The notes below the pieces were generated by a model that saw only the letters and a program-made list of their open reading frames with translations, did no database searches and was not told where the DNA came from. The position numbers and the translations under genes are program-made. From NCBI GenBank assembly GCA_963755125.1, contig CAVWIP010000011.1, forward strand, positions 73,304 to 137,303: DNA of 64,000 bases, in the 5' to 3' direction. Positions 9,554 to 20,353 of this stretch are shown in pieces. Source of the stretch: an uncultured delta proteobacterium. Its GTDB lineage: Bacteria; Myxococcota_A; Polyangia; Fen-1088. Position 1 is the first letter of the stretch; every line of letters begins with the position of its first letter.

Positions 9554-10819
9554 ATGGCGACCAAGACCCTTGCAGATATCAACGTCAGCGGCAAGACCGT
9601 GCTCATGCGCGTGGATTTCAACGTGCCCCTGAAGGGCGGCCAGATCACCGACGACCGGCGCATCCGCGCCGCGCTTCCCAGCATCAAGCAGGTGCTGGAC
9701 CAGGGCGGCAAGTTGGTACTGATGAGCCACCTGGGCCGGCCCGACGGCGCCTTCGATCCAGAGGGCAGCCTCAAGCCCTGCGCCGCGCGCCTGGGCGACC
9801 TGCTGGGCAAGCCGGTGAAGCTCGGGCCCAAAGAGGTCATCGGTCCGGCCGCCGAGGCTCTGGTGGCTTCGCTCAAGCCGGGCGATGTGGCCCTGCTGGA
9901 GAATGTGCGCTTCAACGCGGGCGAAACCATGCCCGACAAGGCTAAGAAGAATCCCGACAAGAAGCTGACGGCAGAGCAGCAGAAGACCCACGACGATTTC
10001 GTCGCCGGACTGGCCAAGCTGGGCGACGTGTACGTCAACGACGCCTTTGGCACCTGTCACCGCAAGCACGCCAGCATGTACGGCACGGCCAAAGCCATCC
10101 AGAAGAAGGGCGGCACCGCGGTGGCCGGGTATCTGGTGGAGAAGGAGATTCGCTACCTGCACGAGGCGGTGTCCAGCCCCAAGCGGCCCTTCGTGGCCAT
10201 CCTGGGAGGGGCCAAGGTCAGCGACAAGATCAAGCTCATCTCCAACCTGCTCGGCAAGGTGGACCACATCCTCATCGGCGGGGCCATGGCATACACACTG
10301 CTGAAGGCACGCGGCGTGGCCGTGGGCAAGAGCCGGGTCGAGGAAGATCAGGTCGAGGAGATGAAAAAGCTTCTCGGACAGGCGGGCGGCAAGATCGTGC
10401 TGCCCTGCGATCACAGCGCGGCGGCCAACTTCGACTTCAAGGCCATGACCGGCGACAAGCCCACGGTAGTACCCGGCGCCGCGATTCCCGACGGGCTGAT
10501 GGGAATGGACATCGGACCCAAGACCGTGGCTGCCTTCGGCGACATCATCGGCAAGGCCGGCACCATCGTGTGGAACGGCCCCATGGGCGTGTTCGAGGCC
10601 CCGGACTACGCGGCCGGCACCCTGGCTGTGGCCAAGGCGATCGCGGCGGCCACTGGCCGTGGCGCCATCACGGTCATCGGCGGCGGCGACTCGGCCGCAG
10701 CGGTCGAGAAGATGGGCCTGGCTGACAAGATGACCCACGTCTCCACCGGCGGCGGCGCCAGCCTGGAGTACCTGGAAGGCAAGACCATGCCGCCGATTGA
10801 AGTGCTCGACCAGAAGTAG
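9554..10819 (+). CDS. pgk: Phosphoglycerate kinase
   Basis: [26 protein letters not shown]...MSHLGRPDG and a C-terminal [13 protein letters not shown] motif are classical PGK. The first in-frame start is at 9527. Confidence 0.92.
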   Translation: MATKTLADINVSGKTVLMRVDFNVPLKGGQITDDRRIRAALPSIKQVLDQGGKLVLMSHLGRPDGAFDPEGSLKPCAARLGDLLGKPVKLGPKEVIGPAAEALVASLKPGDVALLENVRFNAGETMPDKAKKNPDKKLTAEQQKTHDDFVAGLAKLGDVYVNDAFGTCHRKHASMYGTAKAIQKKGGTAVAGYLVEKEIRYLHEAVSSPKRPFVAILGGAKVSDKIKLISNLLGKVDHILIGGAMAYTLLKARGVAVGKSRVEEDQVEEMKKLLGQAGGKIVLPCDHSAAANFDFKAMTGDKPTVVPGAAIPDGLMGMDIGPKTVAAFGDIIGKAGTIVWNGPMGVFEAPDYAAGTLAVAKAIAAATGRGAITVIGGGDSAAAVEKMGLADKMTHVSTGGGASLEYLEGKTMPPIEVLDQK

Positions 10820-10852
10820 CAGGCCGAGGAGGGCGGATCAAACGCCTATTGG

Positions 10853-11410
10853 TTAGGCCGCGTCATCGTCTCGCCCGATGCGCCTGCACCAGCGCTTTCC
10901 ATCGAGCTGAAAACCTAATGCCTTAAACATGCGAGAGTGACCTCGATGCGTCGAGGTGATGCCGGCGGTGTCGAACGGATATCCCTCGACGACCTCGGCG
11001 CCTTGTTCTCGCGCATACGCGACAGCGCCTTCTAGCAAGGCGCTCGCGATGTGCTGGTGGCGATAAGGCTGAGCGACGAAGAAGCAGAGCACGGTCCAGG
11101 TCGGCGTCTCGGAAGACGTCACGCGAGGCATGGTTCTGGACCGCTCGAGTCGAACGTAGGTTTCGCGAGGGGCGACTGAGCACCACCCAACGGGTTCGGT
11201 GCCCTTGCACGCGAGCAGGCCGATAGGTGTCCCCGCATCGACGAGCTTCAGCATGGAAGCCCTCTTTTGCGTGTCGCTCGATTTCCGCCCACCGCACAGG
11301 CGATGCAGGGTGCACCAACAGTAGTGCGGGCTACCCTTCGCCTCGAAAAAGCGGGCAAATGCCTCCCAATTCTCGCGCGTAACGGGTTGAATCCTAATCT
11401 CGCGGATCAC
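10853..11410 (-). CDS. GNAT family N-acetyltransferase
   Basis: 185 aa. The C-terminal half has an acetyl-CoA-binding-like segment (VAQPYRHQHIASALLEGAVAYAREQGA...GYPFD). Confidence 0.6.
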   Translation of the reverse strand: MIREIRIQPVTRENWEAFARFFEAKGSPHYCWCTLHRLCGGRKSSDTQKRASMLKLVDAGTPIGLLACKGTEPVGWCSVAPRETYVRLERSRTMPRVTSSETPTWTVLCFFVAQPYRHQHIASALLEGAVAYAREQGAEVVEGYPFDTAGITSTHRGHSRMFKALGFQLDGKRWCRRIGRDDDAA

Positions 11411-11679
11411 CCATTAGATGTACCGCACGGAAAGCCGGCAAGTCACTAGCGGCCCGGGGACATCGGGGCCACGCTGACGAGTTTGTCTCGCGAGGAGTCC
11501 TAACTGTGTCGCCTTGCCGTTCAGCTGCAAGCCCGCCGCCGAGTCGGCATCTCGATTCCACGCCAGTCACTATAAGGGAAGACGGTCGATATAGAAGAAA
11601 TGCGACGAGTGAACACCAGCGTCGCAGAGCTTGCCCGCTCGGAGTAGTTGGCGAAGCCGGCCAGACGAAATAGCACCGA

Positions 11680-12786
11680 TTAGATCTGCGTCTTCAGCTT
11701 GCGCCGATCCGTGCGCCGCTCGATGGCCAGGTCGATGAGGCGTGCAATAAGCTGTTTCTGCGACACACCCGAGGCTTCCCACATTTTCGGGTACATGCTG
11801 ATGGCGGTGAAACCTGGGATAGTGTTGACCTCGTTCACGTAGAGCGTGCCGCTCTGCCGGTCGAGGAAAAAATCCACCCGCGCCATTCCCGCTAGCTCCA
11901 GACAACGGAAAGTGTCCACCGCCAGCTTGCGCACGCGCTCGGTCAGTTCAGGCGGGATATCGGCCGGGATCCTGGCGTCGGCGCCGTCCGCGTCCACGTA
12001 CTTGGCGTCGTAGGAATAGAAGCCGTCCTTGTGATGAACGACGATCTCAGCCGGCATGGAGGCCTGCGGCTCGTCGTTGCCCAGCACCGCGCACTCGATC
12101 TCGCGCGCATTGACCGCTGCCTCCACCAGCACCTTGCTGTCGAACGCCAGCGCGGCCCGCAGCGCCGGTTCCAGCTCGGCGACGGTCTTGACCTTGCTGA
12201 CACCGACCGACGATCCCGCGTTGGCCGGTTTCACGAACACCGGGAAGCCCAGCTCCGACGCGTGCGCCAGCGTGGCCGCGCGGTCGCGCGAAAATTTGCG
12301 CGCGGTGACCAAACGCCATGGCACCACTGGAATTCCAGCCTGCGCCAGCAAGCGCTTGGCCACGTCCTTGTCCATGCCGATGGCCGAGCCGAGCGTCCCC
12401 GGCCCGACGTAGGCGATGTCCGCCAGCTCCAGCAGGCCTTGCACGGTACCGTCCTCGCCGTAGGTTCCGTGCAGCACCGGAAACACGACGTCGTCGTGGC
12501 GAAGCAAAGCGCGTGGCGCGATCGCGGTCTCGCTAGTGTCGGGGTAGACCGGCACTTCCAGCGCGCGCCCCACTGCTTTCAGGCTGAGCGTGCGCGGATC
12601 GCCTGTGGCGCCCAGCAGGGTCTGCTCGGCCTCGGGTCGCCAGCGGCCCTGCTTGTCGATGCCGATCAACACCGGTTCAAAGCGGTCACGGTCGAGCGCG
12701 ACGAAGACATTGCGGGCCGACAGCAGCGACACCTCGTGCTCTGCCGAGCGGCCACCGAAGAGAATGATGACGCGGGTCTTGTTCAC
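11680..12786 (-). CDS. ddl: D-alanine--D-alanine ligase
   Basis: MNKTRVIILFGGRSAEHEVSLLSARNV... plus ATP-grasp signatures (GTYGEDGTVQGLLEL, EVNTIPGFT). Confidence 0.9.
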   Translation of the reverse strand: MNKTRVIILFGGRSAEHEVSLLSARNVFVALDRDRFEPVLIGIDKQGRWRPEAEQTLLGATGDPRTLSLKAVGRALEVPVYPDTSETAIAPRALLRHDDVVFPVLHGTYGEDGTVQGLLELADIAYVGPGTLGSAIGMDKDVAKRLLAQAGIPVVPWRLVTARKFSRDRAATLAHASELGFPVFVKPANAGSSVGVSKVKTVAELEPALRAALAFDSKVLVEAAVNAREIECAVLGNDEPQASMPAEIVVHHKDGFYSYDAKYVDADGADARIPADIPPELTERVRKLAVDTFRCLELAGMARVDFFLDRQSGTLYVNEVNTIPGFTAISMYPKMWEASGVSQKQLIARLIDLAIERRTDRRKLKTQI

Positions 12787-12880
12787 AGTCTGACCCTACT
12801 ACCCGCAAGCGCCTGCTTCCAGTTTGTGGCCTGGTGATTTCGTGGTCGTGGACGTGGCCGAAAAAATCTCCGACCACGTT

Positions 12881-13462
12881 CTATCGCGTCGCTGTCAGCG
12901 CTGCCTCGGACGCGGCGTTCGCCTTCTCCTCACGCACGCGCAGCAAAGCGAACTCGGGCCGCACCGCCACCGCCAAGGACAAGAACCGATCTCCTTCGCG
13001 AAACATCAGTTTCGCATCAACCATCTCGCCAAGCTGGTCCGCGACCTCTTGCTGTGACAGCGCGCCGGCGAAACGTCTGGCAATCTCCTGCTCGGAACGG
13101 ATATTGGTGCAGAAGAGGTAGAGATCACGCCAGCTCCTGTCCAGGGTGAAGACCTGGAAGTCCTTGCGCCGATCGACGATCTCGAGAAATTCGCCACCGT
13201 CGTAGTAGACCATGGCTTTACTCTCGACTGCCAGCAAACTTGACCGTTTGAGAAATTCCGCGCGTCTCCGCCAGCGCTTGACCGCTGCCAGAACCGGATC
13301 CCAGGAAACCGGGTCGGCGACCAGATCGTGGTCGCGGTAGGGCAAATCGAGGCGAGAGCCGACGTCGTCTGGAAGCGCAGCGAGGTAGCCCGCGTGCGAC
13401 CCGCGGTTCGTGGTTTTGAACGTACGCCGACAGCGCGCCCAGAGCAGCCGAGGGAGCATCAA
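12881..13462 (-). CDS. Hypothetical protein with C-terminal PqqD-like (RRE-type winged-helix) domain
   Basis: Segment MVYYDGGEFLEIVDRRKDFQVFTLDRSWRDLYLFCTNIRSEQEIARRFAGALSQQEVADQLGEMVDAKLM fits the PqqD pattern. GC3 of the N-terminal extension (~75%) supports the full frame as coding. An alternative start at 13213 gives a 110-aa PqqD-only protein. Confidence 0.45.
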   Translation of the reverse strand: MMLPRLLWARCRRTFKTTNRGSHAGYLAALPDDVGSRLDLPYRDHDLVADPVSWDPVLAAVKRWRRRAEFLKRSSLLAVESKAMVYYDGGEFLEIVDRRKDFQVFTLDRSWRDLYLFCTNIRSEQEIARRFAGALSQQEVADQLGEMVDAKLMFREGDRFLSLAVAVRPEFALLRVREEKANAASEAALTATR

Positions 13463-13524
13463 ACATAGCCCACGGCATGGAGACCAGTTCGAGATTCATG
13501 GTCGCGCCAGCAGTCTACATGAGA

Positions 13525-15615
<2,091 letters not shown>

Positions 15616-15647
15616 GGAAATCCTCAGCAAGAACGCCGCGAAGCTGC

Positions 15648-16994
15648 TTACGCCCGGCCGCGCATCAGCCGTTTGACCGTGCCCGAAAGCGCGAACAGCG
15701 CCGCGCCGGCAATCAACGTGACTACCACGAACATGAGGAAGAAATCCGCCTGGCCGCCCAGGATGTGGAACACCTCGCCCCGTTCGACCTTTTCCACCAA
15801 GCCAGCCAGCACGCCCGCGCAGCGATCGGACACGAAGAAGGCCAGAAACCAGATGCCCATCATCAGCGAGGCGAAGCGCGCCGGCGCCAGCTTGGTCACC
15901 ATGGACAAGCCCACGGGCGACAGGCACAACTCGCCGCAGGTCTGCAACACGTAGGTCGCGATCAACCAGAGCGGGCTCACGCGGGCACCAGCGTCGGACA
16001 GGCGCGCGGCCACCACCATGATGGCGAAGCTGGCGCTGACCAGGAACAGGCCCGTTGCGAATTTTACCGGTGTGCTCGGCTCGCGACCGCGCGCCGCCAG
16101 CCGGCTCCACATCCAGGCAAACAGCGGCGCCATCACGATGATGGCAACCGGATTCACCGACTGGAAATAGGGCGCGAGGAAGTCGATGCCGAGAAACTGT
16201 CGCCCGGTGCGTTCCTCGGCGAAGAAGTTCATGGACGAACCCGCCTGCTCGAAGGCGACCCAGAAGAAGATGTTGAAGAAGGCCAGGATGGCGATGGCGG
16301 CAATGCCGCGCCGATCGTCGGAAGAGAGCGGCTGGTGGACGTCACCTGCCCGCTCGGCGACCCGGCCTACGGGCACGTCGCCGATGCCGGGCAGATAGCG
16401 TTTCTTGAAGGCCAAGTAGGTGACAAGGCCGGCCACCATGCCCACGCCCGCCGCGCCGAAGCCCCAGTGCCAGCCGAAGCGCTCGCTCTTGGCCAGGTAG
16501 CCGCAGATCACGGGCCCCAGCGCTGCTCCCGTGTTGATGCCCATGTAGAAGATGGTGAACGCGGCGTCGCGGCGGCGGTCGTCGGGCTGGTAGAGCTGCC
16601 CCACCATGGTCGAGATGTTGGACTTGAAAAATCCCGTTCCCAGAATGATCAGCGCGAGCCCGACGAAGAATGTTGGCCGGCTGGGCACCGCCAGGCAGAA
16701 GTGGCCCGCGGCGATCACGATGCCGCCGATGATGAGAGCGCGGTGGGTGCCCAAAAATCGATCAGCCAGATAGCCACCGAAAAGCGGGGTCAGGTACACC
16801 AGGCCGGTGTACCAGCCGTAGAGGTTGGCCGCCTCCTGCTTGGACCAGCCGAAGCCGCCGGCGGTGCTGACCAGGAACAACACCAGAAACGCCCGCATCC
16901 CGTAGTAGGAGAACCGCTCCCACATCTCCACGCCGAACAGCAGGAAAAGTCCCGGCGGCTGTCTGGATGGGTTTCGCTCCGGCAAGCTACACAC
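15648..16994 (-). CDS. POT/PTR2 family proton-dependent oligopeptide transporter
   Basis: FGVEMWERFSYYGMRAFLVLFL motif (ExxERFxYYG) and 12-TM hydrophobicity. Confidence 0.85.
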   Translation of the reverse strand: MCSLPERNPSRQPPGLFLLFGVEMWERFSYYGMRAFLVLFLVSTAGGFGWSKQEAANLYGWYTGLVYLTPLFGGYLADRFLGTHRALIIGGIVIAAGHFCLAVPSRPTFFVGLALIILGTGFFKSNISTMVGQLYQPDDRRRDAAFTIFYMGINTGAALGPVICGYLAKSERFGWHWGFGAAGVGMVAGLVTYLAFKKRYLPGIGDVPVGRVAERAGDVHQPLSSDDRRGIAAIAILAFFNIFFWVAFEQAGSSMNFFAEERTGRQFLGIDFLAPYFQSVNPVAIIVMAPLFAWMWSRLAARGREPSTPVKFATGLFLVSASFAIMVVAARLSDAGARVSPLWLIATYVLQTCGELCLSPVGLSMVTKLAPARFASLMMGIWFLAFFVSDRCAGVLAGLVEKVERGEVFHILGGQADFFLMFVVVTLIAGAALFALSGTVKRLMRGRA

Positions 16995-18384
16995 CCAGAA
17001 CCAGAATCACGCGCACATCCTTGGTACCCAGGCCATTGCCCACGTCCAGGCCCACCAGAGGCATGGCCACGGTCCGCAAATAGAAGCGCAGGCCCGCGCC
17101 GGCCGAGCTGTGCAGATCCTCGTTGAACTGAAACCCCTGATGAAGCAGGCTGGGCGGCAAGAACTGGCGACCGTCGGATCGGATCTCGTAGGCGTTACCG
17201 TCGAGAGTTTCCGGCGGCAGCTTGCGATACCAGATGGCCGCGGCGTCGTTGAAGACCAAGCCACGAACGTCAAGGTCCCACAGCGAGAAGAGCGGGAAGT
17301 GGTACTCGACCTGGGTGCGCAGGTGCGTGTCGCCTTGAAACTGCCGGTACAGATACCCGCGCAGGTTGGTCCCGCCGGCCGAATTCTCCGCCCACAGTGG
17401 CAGATTGTCGCCCGCCGTCCCGCCCGCGCGCACGATCAGGTTGTGACGGCGAAAGAAGCGAATCCCGTGCTCGTACGACGAGCTGGCCTTCCAGTAGTTC
17501 AGCTTGTCGTCGCCTCCCCACCGGGTACCCCCGATCTCCAAAGAAAATCCAAGGGCGTTGCCGTACATGACGGCGTGCTGGCGGGCGCGAAAGTCGAAGG
17601 TCACATTGGCAGTCCCAGCGCCCCGCCGTCCACTGACCGCGGCTGCCGGCGGTGGACTGCCTGGACTGCCATTGATGGCCAGCGCGTAGCTGTTGCTCAA
17701 ATTGGGGGCCGACCAGAGCACGTCGTTCTGATCCAGGATCCATCCCACCGAGGTGCGCACCTTGCGGAACCACGCCACGCCCGCGTTGACCTCGCCGCCG
17801 TAGGAGCGCAGCTTGGTGTTGCGCAGGGGGGACAGGGGCAGGTCGGGCAGGTCGGCATAGTCGTTGCTGTACTCAGGAATGATCTGTTGCTCGAACTTCC
17901 CCTTGATGGTGAAGAAGGCCCATGTCTGCCACACCGCCGGATCGTCGTAGGCCACCAGCGCGCCCGAATCGACATTGGAGATGCGTCCGCCGATCACCCC
18001 GCGCTTGCCTCGACCGAAGAGGTTGCCGTGGGCAATGATCGCGCCGCCCGAGATGTTGCCTGGCGAATAGGAAAAGGTGGGCAGCGGAACCCATGGAAAT
18101 TTTTCCTTGACCACGATGTTGATGCGCACCCCGTCCTGGTACGGCTCCCAGTAGACATTCACGTCCGCAAACAAGCCGGAGGAGTGCAGGCGCTCGCGCA
18201 TGATGTCCAGGGTGTCCGGCCGCAAGAGCTGGCCGATGGAAACGCCGGCGATGGAGCGGACGGTCTCCTCGTCGGTGCGAACCGCGTTGAGAACCCGGAC
18301 GTCCGTGATCACCTCGTCCAGCGCCCAAGCCGGCGCGGCGGACAAGCTGACCGCGAGCGCGGCAAGACAAACCAGGAAGCGCAT
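16987..18384 (-). CDS. Omp85/BamA-TamA-like outer-membrane protein (POTRA + beta-barrel)
   Basis: Signal peptide MRFLVCLAALAVSLSAAPAWA. The C-terminus ends in an aromatic-rich barrel (…RVILVLGV). Overlaps the POT gene start by 8 nt. Confidence 0.6.
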   Translation of the reverse strand: MRFLVCLAALAVSLSAAPAWALDEVITDVRVLNAVRTDEETVRSIAGVSIGQLLRPDTLDIMRERLHSSGLFADVNVYWEPYQDGVRINIVVKEKFPWVPLPTFSYSPGNISGGAIIAHGNLFGRGKRGVIGGRISNVDSGALVAYDDPAVWQTWAFFTIKGKFEQQIIPEYSNDYADLPDLPLSPLRNTKLRSYGGEVNAGVAWFRKVRTSVGWILDQNDVLWSAPNLSNSYALAINGSPGSPPPAAAVSGRRGAGTANVTFDFRARQHAVMYGNALGFSLEIGGTRWGGDDKLNYWKASSSYEHGIRFFRRHNLIVRAGGTAGDNLPLWAENSAGGTNLRGYLYRQFQGDTHLRTQVEYHFPLFSLWDLDVRGLVFNDAAAIWYRKLPPETLDGNAYEIRSDGRQFLPPSLLHQGFQFNEDLHSSAGAGLRFYLRTVAMPLVGLDVGNGLGTKDVRVILVLGV

Positions 18385-18473
18385 ACGCCCGCCATCTTAG
18401 CACTGTCCGAGCTGTTCCTTGCTGTCGACGCAGCAGAAACCCGTGGCCTTCTTGTCTCTGTTCCCCGTCGGTA

Positions 18474-20009
18474 CTAGTTGCCGGCGTCGGCGGTCGAGCT
18501 CTGCGTGGCCGGGACGCCGTTCTGATCGCAGGAGTAGAACGAGTCGTACAGTCCAACCACCGGCACGTTCTGGCCCCCCACATTGTTCTGCCAGGCGCAG
18601 GTCGGCATGCAGCAGTCCTGCATGGTCGTGGTCGTGTAGCCGGACTTGAAAGATGAATCCGCGGCGGCCTGCGCTGGCGTGGTGACAGCCGGGTTGACCG
18701 CAGGCAAGCCTTGCGACGCCAACTCGCAGCCGGTGACCTGCATGAGGTGGGTCGGACATTCGACACGCTTGGCGTAGATCTGCCAGTTCATGTGGTAGTA
18801 CGAATTCGCGGCGTTCGACTGGGTGCAAGAATGGATAGATTCGCTGGTCACAGTGGGCGAGGCCGAGTTGAACTTCCCGCATTGGGTGGCCACGGCGCTC
18901 TGGCAGGTCGTGGATGATAGGCTCGCGGTGGTTACCAGGCCATTGGCCTTGCAACCGGCGATCTGCGTCGCCGCGTTTTCGCCGCCCGAGCCGGGTTCGC
19001 CGTCCGGCGGAAACTCGGTATAGAAATACTTCCCAGAAGGGCTCGCCGGGGACGCGTTCGGATCGCATGCGTTGAAGGCGCCGAAGCCACCCGCGCCCAT
19101 GAACACGTCGAAGTTCTTGCCACCGCCCGCCGACGTGTTGAAGGCTTGAACCACCAGAGGCGGTGGGATGGGAATGGCCGAGGCGCCGTTGCCGCCGACC
19201 TGGGCCACGTTTTCCGGCAGGCTGAACACCAGTTGGTAGCACTGGCAGCAACTGATGGTCACAGTGCCATCGATACCCCCAGTATCCACGTCGTGGCCCA
19301 CCACCGCGTAGTTCAAGCCCGGGGTGCCGTCATCGGCCGCCGCCTGAACCATTTCGTCGGAAAATAGCATGAAGCGCGGGCAAAGAAAATTGATTCGCGC
19401 GCCTTGCTTGGTGCCCTCGCAGGCATTCTGCCCTGGCGTACACACGCCGCCTCCAGGACTGGTTGCGACCCCCGACTGGCAACCCGGAATGAAGAACTGG
19501 TTGATCAGCTGGTTGGGTGGGTCGAGCGCATAGGCAATGGGGGGTGGGCCGGAATCGAGAGGAGCGTCAACGCCGGCATCGGCACGCGAGGAGCCACTTG
19601 TGCCCGACGAGCCGCCCGAGGAGGATGGGCCGCCCGAACCGCCGCGGCCGGCCGTCGAGGAGCCGCCAGTCGATGACCCGCCAGTTTCGCCCGCAGCCCC
19701 GCCCGTGGCAGGGGTTCCGCCCGAACCCATGGAGCCGCCGCTGGCGGAGAAGCTGCCACCCTGCGAGGAACCTCCCGTGCTCGACGAACTGCCGGTGTCT
19801 GTCGAGCCGCCGGCGCTAGCCGAAAAGCCCCCAGTACTGGTGCGACTGGCGACGATGCCACCGCTGCTTCCACCCGAGTTGCTCGACGGCGTGTCGCCGC
19901 CCTGCCCACCAGGATTCGTGGGAGACGACTTTGCGCATGCCGCGAGCATGACGGCAACGGATAGAAACAACGCCCGGTGCCCGTGGACTTGAAGGCAGGC
20001 GATGGTCAT
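18474..20009 (-). CDS. Secreted lipoprotein with Gly/Ser-rich linker and GH45-like (expansin/DPBB-type endoglucanase) Cys-rich domain, apparently circularly permuted
   Basis: ATG at 20009 with an AAGGAAAA RBS. Lipobox VMLAAC|AKS. Motifs ISCCQCYQLVF, NFDVFMGAGGFGAFNACD, YAKRVECPTHLMQVTGCEL and the C-terminal MQDCCMPTCAWQ...FYSCDQNG match, from memory, Humicola EGV CCACYELTF, HFDLNIPGGGVGIFDGC, FRQVQCPAELVARTGC and the N-terminal YWDCCKPSCGW...VFSCNANF. Confidence 0.6.
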   Translation of the reverse strand: MTIACLQVHGHRALFLSVAVMLAACAKSSPTNPGGQGGDTPSSNSGGSSGGIVASRTSTGGFSASAGGSTDTGSSSSTGGSSQGGSFSASGGSMGSGGTPATGGAAGETGGSSTGGSSTAGRGGSGGPSSSGGSSGTSGSSRADAGVDAPLDSGPPPIAYALDPPNQLINQFFIPGCQSGVATSPGGGVCTPGQNACEGTKQGARINFLCPRFMLFSDEMVQAAADDGTPGLNYAVVGHDVDTGGIDGTVTISCCQCYQLVFSLPENVAQVGGNGASAIPIPPPLVVQAFNTSAGGGKNFDVFMGAGGFGAFNACDPNASPASPSGKYFYTEFPPDGEPGSGGENAATQIAGCKANGLVTTASLSSTTCQSAVATQCGKFNSASPTVTSESIHSCTQSNAANSYYHMNWQIYAKRVECPTHLMQVTGCELASQGLPAVNPAVTTPAQAAADSSFKSGYTTTTMQDCCMPTCAWQNNVGGQNVPVVGLYDSFYSCDQNGVPATQSSTADAGN

Positions 20010-20353
20010 GGGTTTTCCTTCTGTACTTCTGGACAACGTTGACGCTGAAACTGCCCCACCTGGCACCAAGCCCGGCCTCGCGCACGCCTCAATCATACAC
20101 GAGATAAAGTGAAACGCGCGGTCGGGCCGGGGCCGGCGGGGCGGTGCGCAGGGGTCATCTGATGTGTGGCGATTGTTGAAATTTCCACCCGCAACCGGCA
20201 CGGCAGGCTGTTGCCCGGGCCATCGGCTGATCTCGACCACCTGATCCCTGGCGTCATGGGCGGTGCCCAGGACCCTCGCCGAGGGGCTATCCGCGCCTTC
20301 GTGTCGCGTCGGAGTTGTGCCCGTCGCACTTGCCGGGTACGTTACTGTCGCCG

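Noticed and set aside
9299-10738. 479-aa ORF on the minus strand antisense to pgk. Similar long antisense ORFs occur at 935-1519, 2437-3054, 3448-4200, 4904-5755, 14387-15226, 15606-17126, 17110-18477, 28876-30309, 31535-33049, 33083-34132, 56821-57876, 60049-61548 and 62009-63532.
   Set aside because: These are shadow ORFs of the kind expected in ~68% GC DNA. They are Arg/Ala/Pro/Gly-rich with no recognisable domains, and each overlaps a well-supported gene on the opposite strand.
11411-11679. AT-richer 270-bp intergenic region between the GNAT and ddl genes, considered as a possible small RNA or tRNA
   Set aside because: No cloverleaf, conserved tRNA boxes or terminator hairpin could be recognised by eye. 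It is probably promoter/UTR sequence.
13218-13499. 93-aa minus-strand ORF ending 4 nt before the alternative PqqD-domain start, considered as a possible RiPP precursor
   Set aside because: Third-position GC is only ~55%, versus ~75% for the overlapping frame belonging to the 193-aa ORF. There is no recognisable leader or core motif.
15616-16110. 165-aa N-terminal extension of the prolyl oligopeptidase ORF
   Set aside because: The POP family N-terminus (MATT...DPYRWLED) begins at the ATG at 15615. The extension is Arg/Gly-rich and overlaps the POT transporter gene end.
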